NCBI RefSeq assembly: GCF_018977255.1
Contig: NW_024705368.1
Span: forward strand, 1 to 51,355
Length of the DNA stretch: 51,355 nucleotides
Reading direction: 5' to 3'
Origin: Callorhinchus milii
Taxonomy: Eukaryota
A program made the position numbers and the translations under genes. Below, in pieces: positions 1 through 12,200 of this stretch (positions are counted from its first letter, which is position 1; every line of letters starts with the position of its first letter). Below the pieces are notes generated by a model that worked only from the letters and a program-made list of their open reading frames with translations, did not search any database and had not been told where the DNA came from.

Positions 1-1
1 G

Positions 2-150
2 ACGTTCAACCAGCGCAGCAACCTGAAGACTCACCTTCTGACACACACGGACATCAAACCTACAACTGCGAGCACTGCGGAAAGGTGTTTCGACGCAACT
101 GCGACCTGCGGCGGCACAGTCTCACGCACAGCCTGCGAGACGTCTTCTGA
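2..150 (+). CDS. osr2: 3' end of an odd-skipped-related C2H2 zinc-finger gene (Osr2-like, fingers 4-5), 5'-partial, with an apparent 1-nt deletion at 59-60
   Basis: Frame from base 2 reads TFNQRSNLKTHLLTHTDIK. After 'cc' (59-60), the frame from 61 reads YNCEHCGKVFRRNCDLRRHSLTHSLRDVF-stop (TGA 148-150). This matches, from recall, the C-terminal fingers of 5-finger vertebrate OSR2. Exact Osr1/Osr2 orthology was not tested. Confidence 0.88.
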   Translation, partial: VQPAQQPEDSPSDTHGHQTYNCEHCGKVFRRNCDLRRHSLTHSLRDVF

Positions 151-2780
151 AGAAGGATGCAGACAGCAGCCTGGCATGCCCCACCACCCCCCCCCCCCAC
201 CAGCTCGCGTGGCTCCTAACATCTTCACAACGCAACAACGATCAGGCCAAGCCCGCATTGGCGCCCGCCGTGCGACGCGGCTGTTTGTGCGCTCCCCGCT
301 CGAAGCAAAGAGCACGGTGCGGAAGAAGTTGGAGGTACGTGGGTGCGTGCGTTCTCCGCAGTGTCCCGTTGTCAGAGAGGGGCCTCGCCACTTTCTTCAT
401 CGGGAAGGATGATGATGATGACGACGAAGAAGAATCCAAGACGTTACATTCGTGGACGGTGCCAGACGGAGGAAGATTTGCGTCCATGGTAGACCTCTAC
501 AATGCAATGTGCCTTACCGCTCGCCGGTTTCCGAGTGCTCGCTCGTGGACTCAAAAGCCATCCATCAGTGCTTCATCGCAAGCCATAGGCACCCTGGCGC
601 AGAGCCAGCGTGCATAAGCAGAAAAAATGTGCACTCAGCCACCGAAAGCGTCTTACAGCTAAATGCTACCTTTTTATACTAATTATATATATTTTTACAA
701 AAAATAGAAGCTAAACAAGCAGTTCCAAGGAATGTTTCCAAGTTCTGTGTTTATATGCAAAAGGCGCTTATGGGAAACGCCGCTGATGACAAGGACGATG
801 TGTCAAAGAAGAGCTCGCAATTTTGACTTCGGAACTGTGATCTCTCGTGCTTTTTTTTTGAAAGGCCTTACAATTATGGAACGAGAGGCTTCAATGCATC
901 GTTGATTGATTTTTTTTTCTACTGTATATTTTTGTTGACTAAAATCTTGTCGATCAGATGCCGTCATGGAGTTATAATTGTGAAGTGGCATTGTGAGTAC
1001 TGTGTACCTGCACGCCCTGTTAAGACAAATTAACTTACATTTTGTTTTACTGTGCTACATATATATACATCGCCAATACACATTTTTTTAATGTTAATTC
1101 TTTGGCAAACATTGTGAAATATTAAAAGCAGATACAAATGAATGTTAAACTGTTTAGATCGGGTAAAGTGGGTAGTCACGATCGGTCTAATGAGTGTGTT
1201 GTGTGTATCATCACAGTGCCATAACAAGTTTCCACTTGCCTTGACAATCTTAACGTCGGATATGCCTGCGTGCCACATGTCAACAATAATAACAAGAACA
1301 GCAGCGACGGATGATTGGTGACAGTGCTAACATGCAGTACTGCATTGCTAACAAACAAAAAAACAAGTGCCTTGCTCAATAATGGAAACAGTTGCATGAT
1401 TTCTCGAATGGACAACAGTCATCACGATACATGTCCTTGGCTGGGCCGTGGACCCAATGCGAGGTCGGTGTTGACATCAAACGTGTGCGTGTGTGGATCT
1501 CGATTGGGAATTTGAACAGTTTGCATTTAAAATAATAACATATTTACGCATGCATACATACACACATACACAGACGCAGATCACTCGTATAGATTGAACT
1601 TGCGAGTTGAGTACTTTGTGCTGTAACTGTGCAAACCGAAATGCCTTTTTACACGTAAACACGACGATTCCCCGACAGCCTTAACAGACTGTGCAAATGC
1701 TCTTAGCGAGCACATTTGGAGGCCAGCACGGTACACGTGGCGATCTTTATACACCGTACCAGGCACTCATTTGAGGCTGAGTCGACCTCGGGGAGGCCCA
1801 TGGACAAATTCAGATAATCGTCAATGGTTTTGGCCGTAAGCTGGAATCGAACTTGGGTCGCCGGGTTCGGCACACGAGGTGGTGGGTAATCATCACCACG
1901 CAATGGCCTCGTTTGTCTCCAGTGGCGATGTTTACACACCGCACCAGGTACTCATTTGAGATTGAGTCGACCTACACAGCGAGACACACACACACATTCC
2001 CCAAGCGGTCGTGTAGGACTGTAGGAACTCTTGTACGTTAGCGAACATCTATCGGGGTGTGACATTGCATACGCAATAGAAGTGCAACGTACATACATCA
2101 CCTCGGCCACGTCTGTCTCTCGCACCTGTTTGTACACCACACCCCGGGTACTTCATGTAAAGGTGTCGTTGACCAAGGGGGACGGCCCAGAGCGACAACA
2201 ACAACAACCGCCGCAATTCGCCCGGAAATTGGCAGTGACGTCACCACGGCCCTTGCTGTGCCAGGCTAGGTGCACGCCCAGGAAAAGTTCAGGTACCGCG
2301 TGCCGCCGGTACTGTGCGTGGCCGGAACAGAGACACCCAGGTTGCCTGCTGAACACGCAAGGACGAACACTGCAAGCGCATCGTCAAACGCGTGTCTCGG
2401 TGACGATTTGTGCCAATGCAACACGCGTGCCATGTTCGAGTTATTTTTTCGCGCAGCTCTAAGAACTGTGCACAGCTGTGCCAGACGGTTTTTGTTTTGA
2501 TATCGTGAACGGCGACTGTGGCTATTTCCCTCTACTGCAAAGCCTATTTTTGACTCGGGACATCTCTTTCTTAATAAACTTCCTGCCAAGCAGGGTGCCA
2601 AAGTCCAGCTGTCCGGGTCGTTCGGGCTTATCAAGAGCCTCGTATGCAAAGCGAGCTGCAATCAACTGACGCACGAATGATTGTGACTGCAATACATCGT
2701 TGTTTGTTGTGTATATATGTTTTATATCAAACGGAAGGCACGGGCATACGTGTATATGGCAATAAAGAATAATCTACACA
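151..2780 (+). other. Probable 3' UTR / 3' flank of the Osr gene, end uncertain
   Basis: Follows the stop codon, with AU-rich blocks at ~660-1150. Candidate polyA signals: ATTAAA 1121-1126, AATAAA 2573-2578, and AATAAA 2761-2766 (preceded by TGTA motifs, followed by GT/T-rich sequence). Confidence 0.35.
1660..1975 (-). mobile_element. tRNA-derived SINE (local family C) plus an adjacent partial second copy
   Basis: The minus strand has a tRNA-like head with B box GTTCGATTCC, then GGTCGACTCAGCC...AAATGAGT(A/G)CCTGG. The same core recurs at 1910-1975, ~2110-2180, ~5490-5525, ~5690-5765 and ~45620-45680. Confidence 0.6.
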
Positions 2781-3439
2781 CGCGAACTTAACCCTTTCAT
2801 CCATCGATTATTACTATTATTACGGTGAATTATTCGTGTAATTGTTTTTATTGTGGTGATGCTGCTGCTGTTGCATTGACAGTGGTGCACAAGCACAATT
2901 AAACAAATAAACACATCCATACATTCGTCAATAACACTGTCTTTGAATTCAAATGTACGTAATCGGCGATGATTTGGGTAATGGCCGTTCTTCATGGGAA
3001 CCTAAATCAATAAAGAAGGACCATTGCCTGAAACGTCACCTATTATTATTGTTTGTGGGGGTTTTTTTTTACGTCCACGGTATTATTGACGAACGTGTTG
3101 GGGTTTTTCATTTTTGGTGTAAATGTTCTTTCGGCAGTTACACCGCAGATATTGGTTGAAAATGTTTAACGTGATTTGCGTGAGAGGGTTAATATCATCC
3201 TCGCAGTCACAGTGGTTATTTAGCGTCGCAGAATACACAGCGCATACTTGAGTGCAATAACAGACGGGCAATATATGAAGGATCTACTTGCCAATTGATT
3301 CGTGGTGTTGTTATGGGCAAGAGATTGGGTTGACCCAAGCGTCTGTGCATGATGGATGGGTATACATACGAGCAAATGGACGTGTAATTTGCTGCGGTTA
3401 ATATTTTATGGCGATCGAATAAACTATTGCATAACCGAG

Positions 3440-3672
3440 CACACGGGACGCGGCTGGGTTACTATGATCCATTTGTACCCACGCGCGCGCTGTTGAAAAG
3501 GTGGATGACCTGCTTTATGGGTGGAGGGGGAGATCCTGATCATACTTCACCACGCTGGTCAGTGAGGGTTGGTGTTAGGTAGCGAGGTTCTGATATGTTG
3601 ACCGTTCCTCACGATGGCACCCCGGTGGTTTGCCGGGTTTCATAGCGCAACGCGCTCACCACTGCGCCACCG
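3440..3672 (-). mobile_element. Degenerate tRNA-derived SINE
   Basis: The minus strand begins CGGTGGCGCAGTGGTGAGCGCG, an A-box-like tRNA head. The body is diverged and the boundaries are approximate. Confidence 0.35.
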
Positions 3673-4157
3673 ATCGTGCACCCACGTGGTGCGCGTGCAC
3701 CCACCGTCTGTCGGGCTAAATTGTTACAACGCAGGAACGCACACGTGGGAGGCGTGACGCACTGAGGTGCCTGTGTCTCTTGACATTCTCGCAGCGGCGA
3801 TGAGCGTCACTGCATGGCGCGGCGATGTAAAACGGCGTGTTCCTCCAGATTCCTGCTACGTCGATGCGTGCGGAAATCGCTACGTGAGTGCAGGGATGAC
3901 AAGCGGCGGGTTGAGTCACGGCCTGAACACAAGCGCGTGGAGTTTAATATTCAACTCTTACTCGAAAATCACATCGCCGCACACGGAAAATTGTGGAGTG
4001 CTAATCGGACGATCGTGACTGATTTGAAGCGAATACGAGTTTCAGAAAGGCTGTATCGATGGTTCTTGAATTTGGAGCTTTCGTGACTGCAGGAATGACT
4101 CTATGGTTCTTTCGGTAAAGTCACGTCTAAAGATAAAATAATAAATTAAATAACAAC

Positions 4158-4200
4158 ATACGACGTTTCGATTGCAACACAAGCAATCGTCATCAGGTAT
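4158..4200 (-). ncRNA. Minimal type I hammerhead ribozyme motif
   Basis: Minus strand: AUAC CUGAUGA C GAUUGC UUGUGUU GCAAUC GAAAC GUC^ GUAU. Intact core, perfect 6-bp stem II, 4-bp stem I and palindromic ACGU stem III. Confidence 0.8.
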
Positions 4201-4454
4201 AAATGAAATAGCAACAACATTTTTAACCAGAAAACTATAGACAGACATATAAGCAGACATTGACATGTTAATTTGTTTTCTAACCCCTCCAACTCTCTCT
4301 GACACTGCCCCCTCTGTCTATTTAAGGCCTCGCTACAGAGACAATCTCCCTCTCTGTGCCTGTGTTACTCTCTCTCTATGTATCTTGGTGATATCTGTCT
4401 GCTTATATGTCTGTCTATAGTTTTCTGGTTAAAATTTTTGTTGCTATTTCATTT

Positions 4455-4497
4455 ATACCTGATGATGATCGCTTGTGTTGCAATTGAAACGTCGTAT
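4455..4497 (+). ncRNA. Minimal type I hammerhead ribozyme motif with weakened stem II
   Basis: AUAC CUGAUGA U GAUCGC UUGUGUU GCAAUU GAAAC GUC^ GUAU. Core intact; stem II has one C-A mismatch and a G-U pair. Confidence 0.65.
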
Positions 4498-5574
4498 GTT
4501 ATTATTTAATTTATTATTTTTATCTTTAGATATGTATCGATCGTATTTGCCACGAATATAGACAGACGAGTATGCGCTTATAAGTAGAACAATAAGAACA
4601 CTCTTACTTCTTCTCATTTGGGAGCCCTCGTGCGTTACGGCGCGGAGGTTGATTGATTCGTCTCTCACGAGGTAAGGTCACGCAGCCTAAAGGTCAACAT
4701 CGCATGACGTTTCGTGGGAAACGATTAGAAACATCGATCGATGCTGCTAATCAGTGACGCAAGTAATGGCATTTGATGTTTTTTTTATGCTAAAGGACTG
4801 CGCTTTTATCTCGATAATAACGTTAATTAAATTACGCTGGAGTCAAAATATGATGAATGTATGCAGCGCCTTGGCGAAAGGCGCTTTAGTAATCCAAAAT
4901 TTAACATAATATAACTTATTTCGCAACCGTGCTTATCTGATTTGGACATTTTGAAGAGGATGAAAATCCACGGAATGACGATTATCACAGCCATCGGTAT
5001 AAATTGTCTTAATTGGCCAGTGTATATTGCTCACGTTATATGCGTGCGCAGTGAGTGGAGGTGGGAGAGGGAGATGGGGTGATAACAGCGCTGACGAAGA
5101 TTTATGATATCGTTATCATCATTATCGTCAGCCATGGTCAATCCACTGCTGCAACATGAGCCCACACTCATTCATAGAGAGCCAATCGCTCTCGCGATTA
5201 ATGAGAGGTCCAATGTAACATATAGAGACTGTTGGGAGGCAAGTACTGATGGAAAAAATATACATTCGTGAATAAAAAAACATTTGTAGCTCATCGGATT
5301 CCTCCGGTATAAATAAAATAGCATCGTTGTTAGCGAGCAACTGTTCAGGAAGGCATGTTCCGATCAGCTCGGTTGGCTCCGTATGGTGCAAACAAGTTCC
5401 ACACGCATACAGACAAAGGATGACATGTCTAGCACCACGCCCCACGGTATTCGTCTGCCCAGCGCCGATGGTCTACCCCTTGGCATTAAGGTCTTCCCAT
5501 TTAAGGTTGAGCCAACCTCGGGGAGGCACAATGAGATATAATAACACCACTGGCCACTGAAGTTCTGCTGTATG

Positions 5575-5765
5575 GTCGGGGTGCAAAGACATAGAAAAAG
5601 GTTACCCGTGTAGCCTTCACAGACCGTTGGGACAAGTGCCATTAGGGAGCACCTATGAAAGCCGGCACGAAGAGGCGGGTAGCCAACACCACGCCCGACC
5701 GCCTTTGTCTCCCCGGTTCTGCTGTTTATATAACGCGTCAGTTGCTCATGCGAGGTTGAACCGTC
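5575..5765 (-). mobile_element. SINE family C body fragment
   Basis: Aligns by eye with 45545-45650 (CAAAGACA...CCCGTGTA.CCTT.AC.GAC...GGACAAGTG...GAGCACC.ATGAA.GC...CACCACGCCCG.CCGCCTTTGTCTCCC), and with 45075-45135 and 1677-1735. Confidence 0.55.
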
Positions 5766-5776
5766 CTAAGGGGTAC

Positions 5777-5902
5777 CACACAGGCAATCGTCTTCAGGTG
5801 GGACGACAAATGCAGATGATTGCTTGTGTGGCGATCGAAACGTCGTGATATTTTATTTTTTCTACCGACGTGACTTTACCGAAAGAACCAAAGATTATGC
5901 AT
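5777..5902. mobile_element. PLE remnant with broken hammerhead halves
   Basis: Minus-strand half CACCUGAAGACGAUUGC at 5777-5800. Plus-strand GAUUGCUUGUGUGGCGAUCGAAACGUCGUG has a mutated 5' core. Followed by the family terminal motif ACGTGACTTTACCGAAAGAACCAAAGA. Confidence 0.65.
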
Positions 5903-6133
5903 ACAACACACACGCACACACATACAACACACACACACACATACAACACACACGCACACACATACAACACACACACATACAACACACACACATACAACAC
6001 ACACACACATACAACACACACACAACACACACACAACACACACACATACAACACACACACACATATAACACACACACAACACACACAAACAACACACACA
6101 TACAACACACACATACAACACACGCACACACAC
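5901..6133 (+). repeat. CA-rich compound microsatellite (CACACATACAA-type units)
   Basis: Seen directly in the sequence. Confidence 0.95.
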
Positions 6134-6600
6134 AGAAACTATCACAGCGTGCAGTACCAAAAACGCCAAGTGAATGCAGCACTCTGCCCATCACAGGCGG
6201 GTACAAGAGGGGAAAAAAAGAGATTCTGTTCACCTGTCAAACCGGTTATTTAGTGCCGACTGTGGAAACAGTCAACGCGTGCGTGTGCCAGAACGCACAA
6301 ACCCCACCCCCCCCCGCAAAACCTGCCAAAGCATTGCCTTCAATCACCGCTCAACAGCGCGTGAGAAACAACGGAGACGTCTCTGTGTCGCTCGCCCACC
6401 TCACTCAACGACCGTACAGCCCGACAAGCCGCCCTTCGCCACTTGGGTGACGGCGACGTCACCACGGCGCCTGTACCAGGCCAGGTGCACTTTGAGGTCA
6501 CGTGAAGTGTCGAAGGCTCGCTGACACAAGGTCTCGGGGACAGACCCCACACATATGTATATGTGACAATCTAGCCCGTGGCTGTCACGGAACTAAAACA

Positions 6601-7017
6601 CGAGCACGTGCGCGCGCGCGTGTGTGCGTGTGTGTGCGCGCGTGTGCGTGTGTGTGTGCGCGTGTGTGTGTGTGCGTGTGTGTGTGCGCGTGTTTGTGCG
6701 CGCGTATGTGGGCGCGTGTGTGCGTGCGTGTGTGTGTGCGTGTGTGTGAGCGTCGTGGTGACGTCACCGCCGCATTGTGGCGAATGGCGGTGTTGTGTTG
6801 TGTGTGTGTGCGTGTGTGTGTGTGAGCGCTTGTGCGCGTGTGTGTGTGCGCTTGTGTGCGTGTGCGCGTGCGTGTGCGCGCGCGTGTGCGCGTGCGTGTG
6901 CGCGTGTGTGCGCGTGTGTGTGTGCGCGCGAGTGTGAGTGCGCGCGTGTGTGTGAGCGCGTGTGTGTGAGCGTGTGTGTGTGTGTGCGCGTGTGTGTGTG
7001 CGCGTGTGTGTGCACGC
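6601..7017 (+). repeat. TG/CG alternating purine-pyrimidine microsatellite, interrupted at ~6750-6795
   Basis: Seen directly in the sequence. Confidence 0.95.
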
Positions 7018-8346
7018 GAATGGGTCGTTTTCTGTGGACGCATCTCATTGCGGGGGAGAGCGCACAGTCGAGCCGCGACCGCTGTCGTTGTTGCTTTCGC
7101 GTGCCATTTGATTGAATAAAAATAGTAGTGTAAACAGTAATGTAAAAATGAAACACGTGCGCATACGAAGTCTGTGTTTTAATTGTAATCAAAACTTGCA
7201 AATTGCCACCCATCTGCCGGGACACGGGCTAAGCACGCGCTCCGGTATTGATGCATTGATGTGCAAGTGCCGCTCTGCGCCTGCCCTGTTGTTGTACCGC
7301 GAGGGAGCGGCGTGCGAGACATTGTCTGTAGTACCCCCATCGCTCCGTGCAGGCGACCCGACATCAGAGCGCGCTCCTCGTCCCCTCCCTCCCCTCTCAG
7401 CCACCGCCTCGGAATCTCTCACAAGTAAGCAAAGCGAGCAGGATTCGTTCGTAGGCGCAATGGTTCAAAGCGCCGGAGCTGCGTGCGTTGCGGGTTATGC
7501 GGATGCAACCAGCGGTTTGTAGATATGGCTCCGAGACGGCAACACACTTTGTTTTTGACAAATTGGTCTTTTTTATTTTGGTATCCGCGTTTTGTCACCC
7601 TTCATCATAATCATTGTCAGCCCAAGGTCTATGCACTCGTGGATGATGGCCTCCCCAAGCCGCCGTCAACTGTCACGATCCTGCGATTCGTTTCGCTGCT
7701 TCCACCCCGGCGATATTTTAGATCTGTATTATTGTCTCGAACTCCTAGAACGTCTGGAATTATTCTCGACCATCAACCATCGTCCACTTTAGCCGTGGCG
7801 TGTTCTGCCCAAGCCAATCCACTTTTCCTCGTAGTTCGGGGGATGATGTCATTTGAACCTCCGTGTGTCGTCTCATCAACGTGTTCCTCTTTCGTGTCCT
7901 CCGAATGTAATTCCAAGCATTCATCTCCCCATGCTTCGGTGTGCACTGTTCAGTCGGTGAACCACCATGTTTCTGCTGAACCACGTGTCACACGGCTGGT
8001 ATTACACGCCGATTGGAACCTGCATTCTGTTGGAGCTGGCGACGGAAACCTTTACATGCGGAGCGAGGCACGGGCTCGGCTAAAGAGTCCGGAGTTGCAT
8101 CTGTTCAATATAATTATTGCTCGTGACGAAGTTTCTGGGGGAGAACTTTGCCGATACGATCGGTAATCTGGCCAGCTTTGATTACGTACGGTGCGAAAGA
8201 AGTTCAACAACACGCAGCGTTCGTAGGAACCAGCAGTAGGATAACCTCGGCTTCTTGCGGTGTATTCGGGGCGCAGGGGAGCGCAGATGACACCCTGTGT
8301 TAATCAACGCGAGTTGGTCGATTAGGAGTGTGAACGATATGGTCTC

Positions 8347-8457
8347 CATATTCTTTGGGTCTTGGGTCTTTCGGTAAAGTCACGTAGAACAAAAGCATAA
8401 CAAAATCTGCGACGTTTTGATCGCAATATCATAATCTTTTCCTCCTGATGACAATTG
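8347..8457. mobile_element. PLE remnant, truncated
   Basis: TCTTTCGGTAAAGTCACGT terminal motif, a mutated minus-strand hammerhead 3' half (GCGACGTTTTGATCGCAA), and a plus-strand 5' half CTGATGACAATTG starting at 8445 that abuts a SINE fragment. Confidence 0.6.
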
Positions 8458-8459
8458 GT

Positions 8460-8596
8460 AACGCGTTTAGAGAGTATTTTGCTGCTATACATTTCCACAT
8501 CGTTCGCCAATTCGTTGAACTATCATTTGTGGCTAGTTGGCTAATAACAAAGCGATATATATCTCGATGGGCCTTACCTGGTAAAATATAAATAGT
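8460..8596 (+). mobile_element. 3' fragment of the V-SINE-like family
   Basis: Matches the 3' halves of the 30.9, 42.0 and 49.7 kb copies, ending GGGCCTTACCTGGTAAAATA..AATAG. Confidence 0.75.
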
Positions 8597-9221
8597 TTGC
8601 AGATTACTTTAATCGTAGGGACAAAACATGGTACAGTACTTGAAACAAAAACAAACATTGACACAGCCGTACAGGTCATCTTTTTTATATCGTTTATAAT
8701 AAGGATGAAAAAAAATCATACACACCCGCGATTCCTAATGTGAGGGATATAGAAGTCAAACTCCCCCTATGGTTCGCACTGCCTCTTCATTCGGGCCGCC
8801 AACGTGCACACGAGTAGAAAAATCAACACAGCGGGAAACGCACTCGTCCAACGTTTCGGTCAATAGGGCAGTATCATTGACGATTGTGGTAGGGTGTTGT
8901 TGTTTGTGCGTGTGGATCACTGCCAAAGTGGTAACCACACCCCCCCCCACCCGCTCCTTACAAAAAATATATAAAGTGTCAACGAGCAGAGCATAATTGG
9001 AGAGCAGCAGAGATGTACTTTCGACAGCGCTAATTGCAATGACCCTTCGCGTGTAACAGATGTCCGGCTCCGTGATGTCTTCGCAACGAGAGGCTGGGAG
9101 GCTCCTCATTGTCTGTGAGCGGTTATCAAAAATAGCAGCGCTGAAAGTAATGCTCGGCTCACACACACGTTGGAAGGATGCAAGCGCCTATTAATAATAA
9201 TAATGAGGGTACCACTCGCTA

Positions 9222-9251
9222 NNNNNNNNNNNNNNNNNNNNNNNNNNNNNN
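9222..9251. other. Assembly gap (30 N)
   Basis: Run of N. Confidence 0.99.
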
Positions 9252-12200
9252 TATCAGGAGCGCTGGTATGCGTTGGATGTACGTATCTAACCGGCGGAAC
9301 CTTTGAACTAGTGGGGTCGGTAATGATTCATTTCGTCCCAGATTTTTCGAAAGACCCGTAATCTGGCTCAATACTGACACTTATGGAGCACGGTTGGGAG
9401 TTATTACCAGACCAACCTCATTGGGTGTACGCGATTATTAAGCAAATAATCGATTCACGGCCGTATAGTTTGATTGGGTAGAGCAAGAGGGGGATATGAC
9501 GATGGCTTGTTTTTTGGTCAAATAACAGCGGGTCCAACACGTTTCCCTAGCATACAATAAGTGAGCACTGCAATGGCAATGTCACGTGTATTCTGACGCG
9601 GTGGCTACGCAGCATCATCCGAAATAATCAGCGCCCTTTAACGTGTTGTTCCATATTGGATGAATACGAAAATCGAACCTGCCGTAACTGATGAATGGTA
9701 TGAGCCTTTTAAATGGAAGTACGAGAAACGCATAACCTTATCGGTTTACCGATCCGTGCACGTGGTTTCGGGAGAAGGGGATCGAAATTCGTAGGTATGT
9801 GGGAGCATTGTTATTTCTCCTCGTCCACAAGATAGTGACGCGACCAGATGCTTACACTAGCAAAAAGTTGGGGACATTCAGGGACTAGAGTGGATGATCA
9901 CGCGCGGCCATAAGTTTGTCCTCCCGGATGTTTAGTCGACCCGATGTGCTGGCCCTATACATAGGCAGTATTCTGATGCTCGCGTATAGAAACTTTAAGG
10001 CTATAGGAAGCGGCCGGACATGATCAGGATCTCGTCGCGATTCCCCGTGAGACGGGGTGGACAATGCTTCGAATATCCGGGCAACGCTGGGGCAGCACAT
10101 ACATTTCGCCCCTCATATCGATGGTCGGTACTCCTTCATAGGGGGCTGATAATAGCCCTATTTGGCAGGCCGCATTATGCTGTGCCGTTGAAACTAAAAA
10201 TCACCTCTGTACCAAGTCTACGGTCGGGTCTCTTGAGATCATTCTGTGTACATCATAACCATACGTGAACCACGGAGACAGAGTGGAGGAGTGTGCAGAG
10301 ATTTGCTGCACATTAGCCAACCACCCAGTGGTTTTAGACCTCTTACCCGGCAGCCCTTGTGATCTTACGCGCCCCTACCGGAGCTCGTAATCCAGCGGGA
10401 TTGTAATGCGAGGGTTCAGCCACAGGTATTCAGTGACTCATACAAGGGAGATATGCTCCGAGGCGTCCGGTGGTTAAGCCCGAATCCGGCACAGGATGAA
10501 CAAAGCCAAATAAAATTACAAGCCAGACTCCACAATACAGCGCGTGCACGGATCGTACAAACAGTCCGCGAAGAAAAACCACAAGGGCCAAGATGGTGCG
10601 CTCAAGCACAATTCGCGGAAGAAAATTTCACATATCGTGCCGCAACCGTAGGGGGTCGGTCGGCTAGCATGGGCCGCGCTGATAATATCGTTCGAGAGAC
10701 ACTCTTTATTCTAGGGGCGCATCGCACAATCGAATAATCTACCTCTGAGCTCATGCTTTGGCAGCGGACGACCATAGGACTCGTCCTCCAGTATAGCACC
10801 ATCACCGCGCCAGCTAAAAAGCTGGTATGCCCGACGGAATCGAACTAGTTTGCTTCCACGTGCAAGACAGTGAAACGTCTTAGTGCCCGAGATTGAGCCA
10901 GTTCTTACATAGACAGTTCATACCAAAGAGATTGCAACTTGTAGCACCGCTCCGCCGGTTTCTGCTTGCCAAGGTCGTAAGTGTCAGTGCGGTGATCAAA
11001 CGGTGGGTTAGCCCCCGACGCTATGGGTATCTCAAAATCCTTAATCTACCGACAAATCTTTTCGTGTTATGTATAACATAACGCTAGTCAAACTCTAATA
11101 ATATTGATTTAACCAGCCCGGCCCCTATTAGTTGGCTCATTAGTATTACAATTATGTCATCGGAACCCAACGACGTTTGAGAACTAGAACTCGTTGTCTG
11201 CATAGACTAGCCCAATCCCTGACACACAAATTATGCGCGTATGGGTCCCGTTCTCTAGCGTTAAGAGGTCGACTGACCAATGAGAAAGCAGCGCCCTATA
11301 GTTTGATGCGCACGTGCGAATGGACACTCTACTACGAACCTTGCCAGACCCCCCTAACGAGTCCGTTTCGCGGCTCAAATCCATGTGGCCAAAGTGATAA
11401 CCGCCGAGCAATCAGATTCCTATCCCCATGTCTTGCAGACAGGATCGACATTACATAGCATCGCAGTTTGCACAACCTATATCTCCCGGCAGTGGTGCTG
11501 GAAAGTTCTCCGGGGACGCATCATATGACAGACCGTTGAGTACTAAAAGACTTATAAATGAAGTTAGCATCAAGCCCCAGGACACTCTAACGGGGGAATA
11601 GCTCAATTCGCTTAACGTCCCAAGCGGGGGTCAGAAAGCTAAAACTATATGTCGGCGTGTCCTTTCTCCTGGAGTCCCCAGACATATGAGCTCGGGAGCT
11701 GGCAGCAGGAATTTTGGCAGCAGTTTGGAAGGCGAATCTTTGTAGATGACCGAGCATCATTTCGATACGTCGATTGCTGCACATGATTAGGACGTTGGCG
11801 GGGGCACCCAACACAGGCTATAAAATTTCTACCGGAGCGGTTGCGCATGGTATCCCACGTCTGGCTACTAGCCGGATATTTTGTATAGAGATTCGGTGCC
11901 CCCTCCTTCGATATAATGTAAAGCACCCGATCACTATGTACGTGATTTGATTAAACGCGTGAGTATCCAACTCATTCTTGAATCCATGAACCGGGTACTG
12001 ACGCGAAAATCCGGAGAACGAGGAACTGTAAAACCAGGGCAACTCCGCCCTACAAGACCTCTTTGGTGGTGTGCGCTTGTACCGCTGTTAATATACAGGT
12101 GCCGATGACAGTAATCTGAAATCTAGAGTTTGACAACTCGACCCGGAACGTCGGGTCATTACCAAGAGACCTCACAGGATAAGTCCACTCACCGGACTTA

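Larger units (their letters stand above)
4061..4532. mobile_element. Penelope-like element (PLE) remnant with inverted pseudo-LTR arms and two hammerhead motifs
   Basis: Inverted arms ~4126-4259 and ~4396-4530, with an unpaired tail at 4061-4125. Flanked by direct repeat TGTATCGAT (4052-4060, 4533-4541). Near-identical to the 48903-49223 copy. Confidence 0.75.

Noticed and set aside
176..617. ORFs of 78-119 aa just after the Osr stop, including a poly-Asp/Glu run
   Set aside because: They lie in the presumed 3' UTR. The runs come from poly-C and a (GAT/GAC/GAA) triplet repeat, and there is no domain.
5794..7225. Many 100-208 aa ORFs rich in H/T or C/V
   Set aside because: They are translations of CA/TG microsatellites that lack stop codons.
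7483..8330. 227-aa plus-strand ORF, and a faint hAT-like peptide (VILLLVPTNAAC) on the minus strand
   Set aside because: No recognisable domain in the ORF. The minus-strand similarity is too short and broken to call.
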